Positions 56,711-64,000 of a stretch of 64,000 bases of DNA are shown piece after piece. The position numbers and the translations under genes are program-made. The stretch comes from an uncultured delta proteobacterium (GTDB taxonomy: Bacteria > Desulfobacterota > Binatia > DP-6), in NCBI GenBank assembly GCA_963815115.1, contig CAWFFN010000005.1:1376001-1440000 (forward strand), written 5' to 3'. Within the stretch, counting starts at the first letter, position 1, and each line of letters opens with the position of its first letter. Under the pieces are notes generated by a model, which was given only the letters and a program-made list of their open reading frames with translations, was not told the origin of the DNA and did no database searches.

Positions 56711-58747
56711 CTATCCTGGCCGGCGGGCGGTACGGAAGGTGAGGAGGCCAAGCACCACGATCGCGATCAGGAGGACGATCCACACCGCACCTTGCTCGAG
56801 CCATCGACGGGAACCGCCGCCGGCGGCGAGCCGCGCCGCCTGGCTGAACACGGGATTCGGCTCCGCGGCGCCGGCGGTCGCGTCGATGGCAGGCACGGCG
56901 AGGATGACGTCACGGGCGCGCGCGACATCGTACCGGGGCGCGCCGGCGTCGGGATCGCCGAGAAGCAGCGTGTACGCCCCCGCGGGCGCGGCGACGAAGA
57001 GGGCCGGCACGGTGACGCGCGCCGCGGCGCCGCGGAGAGCCAGGGGTGCCTCGTCGCCGTCCTCGACCTCCAGCTCGAGCGCGTCGACACGCGCCGCGGG
57101 CAGCGGGATGACGATCGCCCGGGAATCCCGCGTGTCACGTGCCAGCGGATCGGACGCGAGCACGCGCTCGCTGCCGTCGCGATCGCGAGCGGCAATGCGG
57201 GCCGTCCGGTGGAAGAACGGCGTGCCGATGTCGAGGCGCAGCGCGTTGGCAGCGAGCGGCGTGCTGGCCGGAACGAGCCGCCAGCGCGTCCGGCCGTCGC
57301 GCGTCGTCGGCGCGCCGACGGCGAGCGTCACCCAGTCGTCCGCGGCGGCCGGCTCCAGGAGGTACGGCCACTGGCGGTTCTCGGCGTCGACGATCCGCAG
57401 GTCGCCGAGGTCGGGCCGCAGGCGCGGGCCGTCGTCCGGACCGAGTCGAACGCGCACCAGACCTTCGGGCGCGGAGGGGATGGGCAGCGGACGGCGCCAG
57501 GCGAACGTGCGCGCGTCGACCACGGCGCCCGGACGCATCGCGAAGGCGAGCGCCGGAGCGTCGTCGAAGGCGGGGTTGGGGCGAATCGGACCGAGACGTG
57601 CCTCGCCGACCTCGGCGGGATCGTAGAGCCGGCCCGCCACGCCGGCCCCGGGCCCGTCGTGCAGGAGGGCCGCGAGATCATACTGCGGCGCCGCGGCGCG
57701 TCCGCCGCCGAAGCGGAGCGTCCCCGCGGGCGCGTCGCCGTTCGGGGGCAGGGCGATGAGGAGCGACCGCTGTCGCAGCAGGGCGCTCAGGCGCACCCCG
57801 CCGAGCGGCGGGCTGTCACCGTCGACGATCTCGACCCGGAGGCGGGTACCGCGGGCCGGGGCGAGATCGACGTCGGTCTGGACGAGTGGCGTTCGCGTGC
57901 CGACGCGCAGGATGCGGCCACCACCGAGACGGACGTCGGGGCTACCCGGACGCACGTCCCAGACGGTCACGCGACGGTCGAACGACGGGGTGTCGGTGTC
58001 GATGCGCAGCACCTCCGGGACCAGACCCGCAGGACGCTCGACCGCCAGCACCGTGGTGCCCGGATTCGACGTCGCGGTCACTGGCGCGAGCCCCACGACC
58101 GACGGCTCGGCACCGGGCCCGAGCGTGCGCTGGCTCTCGAGCGTGAAGCGCGGCTCCAGGAAGTCGGCCTCGTCACCGGCGATGACGACCGTGATCGTGC
58201 CACGGACGCCGCCCGGCAGCGGCACGCGCGTGTGCTCGCTACCCGCGATGCGCACCAGCGGGGCATCCTCGACCAGCAGGCGCGGATGCTGGTCCTCTCC
58301 CGCACCCGACACCGTCACGCGCCGGGTGAACTCGGTGCGCGGCGTGGCGATCACGAGCTCCCAGGCGGTGGCGGGGGCGGAATCATCCGGCAGGGCGAGC
58401 TGGTACTCCTCGCGAACCCGCGGCGGCTCGTCGGCGCGCGTCTCGTGCCAGCGCCGCACGTCGGTCACGTGCGGCTCGACGGTGCGCGTCTCCGCCATGG
58501 CGACGCCGGCGGCGCGCCCGGTGTCGACCACATAAGGTGCTTCGTTCCCATCGCGATCGAACAGGCGCACGTCGGAGAGGTCTGCCCGGCACGCGGCGAG
58601 CACCGCGGGCGGCAGGGGCAGGCGCGCGAGGCGGGCGTCGGCGACGTAGACGTCAGCCTCCTCTGGGAACAGGCGGACCAGCGCGCTGGGGTCCCCGGCG
58701 CCCGCCCTCGTCGCCAGGAGCAGCAGGACGGCGAGCAGGCCCTTCAC
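56711..58747 (-). CDS. DUF3999-like exported membrane-anchored protein
   Basis: Signal; duplicated DLSDVRLFD..PY / DGDSPPL / APQYD motifs; C-terminal TM helix. Confidence 0.7.
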   Translation of the reverse strand: MKGLLAVLLLLATRAGAGDPSALVRLFPEEADVYVADARLARLPLPPAVLAACRADLSDVRLFDRDGNEAPYVVDTGRAAGVAMAETRTVEPHVTDVRRWHETRADEPPRVREEYQLALPDDSAPATAWELVIATPRTEFTRRVTVSGAGEDQHPRLLVEDAPLVRIAGSEHTRVPLPGGVRGTITVVIAGDEADFLEPRFTLESQRTLGPGAEPSVVGLAPVTATSNPGTTVLAVERPAGLVPEVLRIDTDTPSFDRRVTVWDVRPGSPDVRLGGGRILRVGTRTPLVQTDVDLAPARGTRLRVEIVDGDSPPLGGVRLSALLRQRSLLIALPPNGDAPAGTLRFGGGRAAAPQYDLAALLHDGPGAGVAGRLYDPAEVGEARLGPIRPNPAFDDAPALAFAMRPGAVVDARTFAWRRPLPIPSAPEGLVRVRLGPDDGPRLRPDLGDLRIVDAENRQWPYLLEPAAADDWVTLAVGAPTTRDGRTRWRLVPASTPLAANALRLDIGTPFFHRTARIAARDRDGSERVLASDPLARDTRDSRAIVIPLPAARVDALELEVEDGDEAPLALRGAAARVTVPALFVAAPAGAYTLLLGDPDAGAPRYDVARARDVILAVPAIDATAGAAEPNPVFSQAARLAAGGGSRRWLEQGAVWIVLLIAIVVLGLLTFRTARRPG

Positions 58748-61614
58748 GGCGCCTGATCCGGCGCCGGCTCGCGGCGCAGTACGAAGCGCTGGTACGCCAG
58801 CGAGACGAGGATCAGCGACACCGCCAGTCCGAGCAGCGATGCGACGCGGTAGAGGTCCTGGAGCTCGCCCAGGTCGTACAGGAACACCTTCGCGATGGTC
58901 ACCATCATGACGCCGAGGCTCACCCAGCGCAGGCCGACGCTGCGGCGTCGCACGCCGAGCGCGAGCAGGAGGAGCGCGTAGAGCGCCCACGCGATCGAGG
59001 TCACGAGGTCGCGCGCCGGCAGGCGCTCGAGGTCGAGGCGCAGGACATCGCCGGTCGCGAACCAGTCGGCGATGGTGAGGTTCAGCCACACGAACACGAC
59101 CGCCAGCCCGGCCAGCCCGGTCGCCTCGGCTGCGAGCGGCCGGTCGGCATAGATCTGTCGCTCGGACGGACGCAGGCGCGGCACCTCGAGCGGCTCGAGG
59201 ATGCGCGCCGCGCCGAACAGCGCCGCCGCTGGTACGAGGTACGAGTAGGTGATCCAGTTGAGCACGCGCCAGCCGGAGCGCGGCCAGTACGCCAGCACCT
59301 CCGGGTTCGCGACCAGGCGCACGGTGACTGCGGCGAGGAGCGCGAGGCCGAACCACTTGAGACCTGGATGGTCGAGCCGCTGCCACAGCATCATCACCGC
59401 GACGCCTTCGAGCGCCCAGCCGATGGTGAGCCAGGAACGATCCAGCTGGATCGGCACCGCCGCCGTGATGAAGCCGAGCGCCACCGCCAGCAGCCAGACG
59501 AGCGCGCTGAGGCGCACCGGATGGTCTTCGCTCCACAGCGCCCGCGCTCGCTGCGCGACGCCGACCATCACCACTGCCAGCAGGATCGGCACCAGGCCGA
59601 TGGCATGGCGGTCCCACAGGTGGTTCCAGGTGGCGAGCAGCGAGGGCATCCAGGGCGGCGCCGCGAGCGCGGCCGCTCGCCAGGCCCAGCGGTCGTCGCG
59701 CAGGCGCGACGGGACCAGCGTGGGCCACGCCGTGAAGACGACCACGCCGGCGAGCGTGAGCAGGAGCTGGCGCACGGTATCGTCGGCGGTCGTCGCCTGT
59801 ACCCCGGGGAGTACCAGCACCGTGGCGAACAGCCAGCGTCCGTCGCCGAGGCGCGTGGCCGCGAGCGCCGCGAGCAGGCCGAGCAGCAGGGTACCGCCGA
59901 GGCGCGGCAGCACGGCCGCGTGCGCGCCGAGCGCCCACACCAGCGGGCAGCTCGCGAGCGCGACCAGCGCCGCGGCGCGCAGGTGCCACCGCTGCCCGTC
60001 CTCGCCACGACGCAGGAGCGCGCTCACCTGGAAGCCCACCGCCACCGCGATCACGATCGCGAGCCAGGCGGCGGACGACGGCGCCGCCTCGTCGCCTGCG
60101 TGCGACAGATGGAGCACGAACATGCCGAGCGCGACACCGACCGCCCCCACGGGCTGGAGCGGCCCCGTGTCGGCGCGCGTGCCCTGGCGCAGCAGCATCG
60201 CCGCCAGCGCGAGCAACCCGAGCAGCATCGGCCACGGTTCGGGATTGACGGCCCTGAGGCCGACGAAGATCAGCAAGCCCATCTGGGCGAGCGCCGCCAG
60301 CGCGGCCGCCGGCGCGACGCCGCGCCAGCCCGCCGCCTCGTCCTCGCGGATGGAGGCAACGTGGAACGGCAGGGCGAGCGCCACCGCGACCAGGGCCAGC
60401 AGCCAGTCGGTGCCACGCAGGATCGGATGCTCTCCGATCCACACCACGAGGACACCGAGTGCGGCGGCCGCGGCGGCAAGCCCGATGCCCGGCACCGATT
60501 GCACGCGCGACAGCCACGCGGCTGCGGTCGAGAGCAGAATCAGAAGGACCCCGAGCGGCAGCAAGCCCGGCAGGTCGCCGCGCCCGGCGATCTGGAGCGC
60601 GAACGCGAACGGAAGCAGGACCCCGCCCGCCTGGGCAGCGAGCCACCGAGGATCGCGCGTGCGGCCGCGCGGGCTGCTCAGGACGAAGGTGAACGCGAAC
60701 GTCGCCAGCACGGCGAGGCCGAGCACGAGCTGGCCAGGGCCCATGCGGCTGCCGATCCACAGGCCCTGGTAGATCGTGGTGCCGGCGAGAGCGAGCACCC
60801 CCAACCATGGCCAGTTCTGCTGCCGCGCCAGGAGCAGGAGCCCGAGATCGAGCAGGAGAAGGTAGCCGAACAGTCCAATCGGGTTGTCGGCACCGCTCGA
60901 GGCGAACAGCGGCGTGAGGAAGCCGCCGACCAGGCCCAGGACCGCGATCACCTGCGAGCCGTGCCGGCGTGCCAGCACGGCGCCCGCGGCGGTCACCACG
61001 GCCAGCAGCGCGAAGGTGGGAAGGTTGCCGACCAGCTCGTAGCGTGGGCCCGCCGCCCAGAAGGAGACATAGAGGATGACGACGCCGGCGCCGGCGAGCG
61101 CGTCGGCGGTCCGGCCGTAGTCGCGCCGCAGGCCACGCTCGGCGGCCAGCACGCAGCCGAGACCGACGAGGGTGCCAATCACGACCCGTAGCCAGGGCGG
61201 GATCAGGCCATGCTCGATCGAGTAGCGGAAGAAGAACAGCCCGGCGAGCGCGAGTACGACACCGCCCAGCACCGCGGCGCCCCGCACGCCGATCCAGCGC
61301 TCCCAGTCGACTTGCCCGCGCGGGGGTGGCGGCGGGGGCGCGGGTGGCCGCACGGCGTCGAAGGGAGGCGCCACGTCCGAAGGCGCTGGTTCGGACGCGA
61401 CGTCCTCCGAGGACTCGGGAGTGCCGGTCGGCTCGGCCGGCTCCGCGAGGATCTCCGCGGGCGCGGGGGTCGTCGCCGGGACCGCGCCCGCTGCCCGGAG
61501 CACCGTCATCTGGGCCTCGAGCGCGTCGACCCGCTGGCGCAGGCGCTCGTGATCGTGGACGCGCCGCAGGGCCCACAAGGCGACCGCCAAGGCGATGAGG
61601 GGCAGGAACTCCAC
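58744..61614 (-). CDS. DUF2339 family membrane protein
   Basis: WERWIG...FFFRYSIEHG; C-terminal KVFLYDL..LYRVASLLGL. Confidence 0.88.
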   Translation of the reverse strand: MEFLPLIALAVALWALRRVHDHERLRQRVDALEAQMTVLRAAGAVPATTPAPAEILAEPAEPTGTPESSEDVASEPAPSDVAPPFDAVRPPAPPPPPPRGQVDWERWIGVRGAAVLGGVVLALAGLFFFRYSIEHGLIPPWLRVVIGTLVGLGCVLAAERGLRRDYGRTADALAGAGVVILYVSFWAAGPRYELVGNLPTFALLAVVTAAGAVLARRHGSQVIAVLGLVGGFLTPLFASSGADNPIGLFGYLLLLDLGLLLLARQQNWPWLGVLALAGTTIYQGLWIGSRMGPGQLVLGLAVLATFAFTFVLSSPRGRTRDPRWLAAQAGGVLLPFAFALQIAGRGDLPGLLPLGVLLILLSTAAAWLSRVQSVPGIGLAAAAAALGVLVVWIGEHPILRGTDWLLALVAVALALPFHVASIREDEAAGWRGVAPAAALAALAQMGLLIFVGLRAVNPEPWPMLLGLLALAAMLLRQGTRADTGPLQPVGAVGVALGMFVLHLSHAGDEAAPSSAAWLAIVIAVAVGFQVSALLRRGEDGQRWHLRAAALVALASCPLVWALGAHAAVLPRLGGTLLLGLLAALAATRLGDGRWLFATVLVLPGVQATTADDTVRQLLLTLAGVVVFTAWPTLVPSRLRDDRWAWRAAALAAPPWMPSLLATWNHLWDRHAIGLVPILLAVVMVGVAQRARALWSEDHPVRLSALVWLLAVALGFITAAVPIQLDRSWLTIGWALEGVAVMMLWQRLDHPGLKWFGLALLAAVTVRLVANPEVLAYWPRSGWRVLNWITYSYLVPAAALFGAARILEPLEVPRLRPSERQIYADRPLAAEATGLAGLAVVFVWLNLTIADWFATGDVLRLDLERLPARDLVTSIAWALYALLLLALGVRRRSVGLRWVSLGVMMVTIAKVFLYDLGELQDLYRVASLLGLAVSLILVSLAYQRFVLRREPAPDQAP

Positions 61615-61767
61615 CCGGGCGGGATATCGACTCATCCGGGTCCGCCTGCAAGCCGAATGCTTTCTCGCTGCGCGGAACGGAAGGGCTCCCGGTTTCCGGA
61701 TCGTGAGACGGTTGCGGAGCGCCAGCGGGAGATCGCGCTGGCCGGCGGGTTGCAGGTGAGACGCGAG

Positions 61768-62433
61768 GTGACGTGGCTGCTCGTGCCCTTCGTCGGCGGA
61801 CTCGCCGGGTCCCTGCACTGCGTCGGCATGTGTGGCGCGTTCCCGATGGCGATCCGGCGCGAGGATCGTCCCGTGCTCCGGCAGGTCCTCTACAATCTCG
61901 GCCGCCTGAGCACCCTGGCGCTGATCGGATCGGCGTCGGGCATGCTGGGCGCCGCCGTGATCGGCTACGCGCCGCTGCGGATCGGGGCGCGGGCGCTCGC
62001 CGTGATCGCGGGCGCGGTGATGGTCGTGGTGGGGCTCGAGATTCTCGGCTTCCTCGGGCGCGTGACGGCGGGCGGTGCGACGCTCGTGCAGGCCACCTTG
62101 ACCCGCGCGCTGGCAGGCGTCCTGCGCTCGCCGTCGCTCGCGGCGCCGCTCGCCCTGGGTGTGTTCAACGCCTTCCTGCCGTGCCAGCTGATCTACGCCT
62201 TCGCCGCGCAGGCCGCCGCGACCGGGTCGCCCGCGTCCGGCCTGCTCGTGATGGTCACGTTCGGTCTCGGGACGGTCCCGGCGATGTTCGTCCTGGGTCT
62301 CGCGGGGACGCTGGCGCGTCCACCGGTCCGGCTATGGCTCCAGCGCACCGCCGCGGTCCTGGTGGTGGCCGTCGGACTCGTGACGATGCTGCGCGGCACC
62401 GCGCTGCTGGAGACGCTGCACCTGCATCATTGA
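61768..62433 (+). CDS. DsbD_2/TauE-like membrane protein (cytochrome oxidase assembly type)
   Basis: GSLHCVGMCG, YNLGR, FLPCQLIY, FGLGTVP. Confidence 0.8.
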   Translation: MTWLLVPFVGGLAGSLHCVGMCGAFPMAIRREDRPVLRQVLYNLGRLSTLALIGSASGMLGAAVIGYAPLRIGARALAVIAGAVMVVVGLEILGFLGRVTAGGATLVQATLTRALAGVLRSPSLAAPLALGVFNAFLPCQLIYAFAAQAAATGSPASGLLVMVTFGLGTVPAMFVLGLAGTLARPPVRLWLQRTAAVLVVAVGLVTMLRGTALLETLHLHH

Positions 62434-62849
62434 GCCGCGAGCGCGACGAGCACCATCAGACCGGCCGTCAGCACCAGCTTCAGCAGCGCGAGCACCCCGC
62501 TGGCGACGAGCACCCGCGCGGCCTGGAGCCCTCCGTTCCGATGCAGGGCCCAGGCCACCGCCGGCGGGATCGCCGCGTAGCTCACCCCGAGACGCCAGAA
62601 GTGACCGTCGTGAAGGTGGCTCCAGACCGGCCCTCCCCACACGACGAAGAGGCCGAAGGAGAGGGCGAGGATGCCCAGGAACTGCCCGCGCGTGAGCCCG
62701 AGCGCGGTCCACGGGCCAGCGAGTGGAAGCGGGCCGAAGAGCGGCGGCATGCCGAGCCCTCGATGCAATCGGCTTGCCAGCGCCCGTTTCTCGCGCCTGC
62801 GAAACTGGGCTCCCGGTGCAGCCATGGGAATGACCCTAGGTGTTTTCAT
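62427..62849 (-). CDS. Hypothetical membrane protein
   Basis: Three hydrophobic segments. Confidence 0.5.
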   Translation of the reverse strand: MKTPRVIPMAAPGAQFRRREKRALASRLHRGLGMPPLFGPLPLAGPWTALGLTRGQFLGILALSFGLFVVWGGPVWSHLHDGHFWRLGVSYAAIPPAVAWALHRNGGLQAARVLVASGVLALLKLVLTAGLMVLVALAAQ

Positions 62850-62899
62850 AGTCACCGATCTGGTATGGGGCTTGCGTTGCAGGCCCCGTGGTGGCGGTG

Positions 62900-63512
62900 G
62901 TGAACGACCGCGAACAGATCCTCGCGCAGATCGAGGAGCATCGGACCGCGCTCGCAACGCTGGAAAGCCGGCTGCGCGCCGCCGAGCCGCCCGCCGCACC
63001 ATGGCCACCCCGGGGGTTCTACCTCACGTTCTACGTCGTGGCCGGCTTGCTGCTCGGGATCCTCGGCAGCCTCACCAGCTTCCTGTTCAACGTCTTCGGC
63101 TCGCTGCTCGTGAACCAGGATCCGCTGCACATCCTGCGCGTGTACGGCACGGTCTTCCTGGGCGCCAAGGCGCTCACCACCGACGATCTCAACTTCTTCA
63201 TGCTCGTGGCCGTGGTGCATTTCTCGCTCGGCGCGGTGGCGGGTGCGGTGTTCCACGTGCTGGTCAACCGCTTCGTTCCCGACCGGCCTGCCTTCCAGAT
63301 CGTTCTCGGCGGGCTCTACGGGCTCCTGATCTGGGTGGTCAACTTCTACTGCATCCTCGATCTGGCTGCAGCCGCGTCTGGTCGGCGAGCCCTACGTGCT
63401 GGAGCTCATGCCAGCCTGGATCGCCGCGCTCACCCACCTCGTCTACGGGCTGACCCTCGGTCTGCTGCAGCCCCTCGGACGATTCGTGCCGTACCGTCCG
63501 GCGGAGGTGTGA
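62900..63512 (+). CDS. Membrane protein, frameshift ~63360
   Basis: VHFSLG...YGLLIWVVNFY / LTHLVYG. Confidence 0.6.
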
Positions 63513-64000
63513 TGCGGGCCGCGACGATCCTGCTGGTCGGTGCCGCGCTCGCGGCTCCCGTCCGAGCGGCGGACCCCGGCGACGGCGCCGTGGTCTACGG
63601 ACGGTACTGCGTCGGCTGCCACGGTGCGTCCGGCGACGGCAACGGGCCGCGGCCGCGCCGATGCTGATCACCAAGCCGCGCGACTTCACCAAGGGCGTCT
63701 TCAAGTTCCGCTCGACGCCGGCGGGGACGCTGCCCGACGGACGCGGATCTCTTCCGCACGATCACAGCGCGGCGTCTACCGCACCTCGATGCCCGAGTGG
63801 TCGCTGCTCCCCGAGCGCGAGCGCTGGGCGCTGGTCTCAGTACGTGAAGCACTTCTATCCCGGCTGGAACGAGCGCGGCGCCGGCGCGCCGATCTTCATC
63901 CCGCAGCCCTCCGAGCGACCTCGCCAGCCCCGCACGCATCGCCCGCGGCCGCGAGCTCTACGTCATGCTCGAGTGCACCACCTGCCACGGCGAGCAGGGC
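63512..64000 (+). CDS. Multi-heme cytochrome c, frameshifted, partial
   Basis: CVGCHG, PRDFT.G.FKFRST, CTTCHG. Confidence 0.75.

Overview
High-GC bacterial DNA. The gene content (DUF1329, DUF4215- and PF11617-type Cys-rich secreted proteins, acyl-CoA dehydrogenase, CoA-transferase) suggests a Binatia/deltaproteobacterium-like genome; this is an inference. The first ~48 kb is a mosaic accessory region of IS elements (IS256, IS110 x4, IS3, IS91/ISCR), toxin-antitoxin loci, phage remnants, large secreted Cys-rich proteins and many abruptly truncated genes. The main signal is an ~85-89 bp asymmetric element present in about 12 copies. One copy lies ~240 bp downstream of the IS91/ISCR-family HUH (Y2) transposase and matches the oriIS motif (..CGTTCATCGCTCCTATC). 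The other copies are stand-alone, with fixed ends, no target duplication and an nGCy target tetranucleotide. They sit at junctions between unrelated, often truncated genes. This suggests a non-autonomous rolling-circle (Helitron-like) gene-capture and shuffling system. The right part holds a sulfane-sulfur oxidation cluster ending at a tmRNA-like 3' fragment (possible att scar), followed by more ordinary genes (acyl-CoA dehydrogenase, YVTN propeller, DUF3999/DUF2339, cytochrome c-related). Many single-base frameshifts could be real decay or long-read errors.
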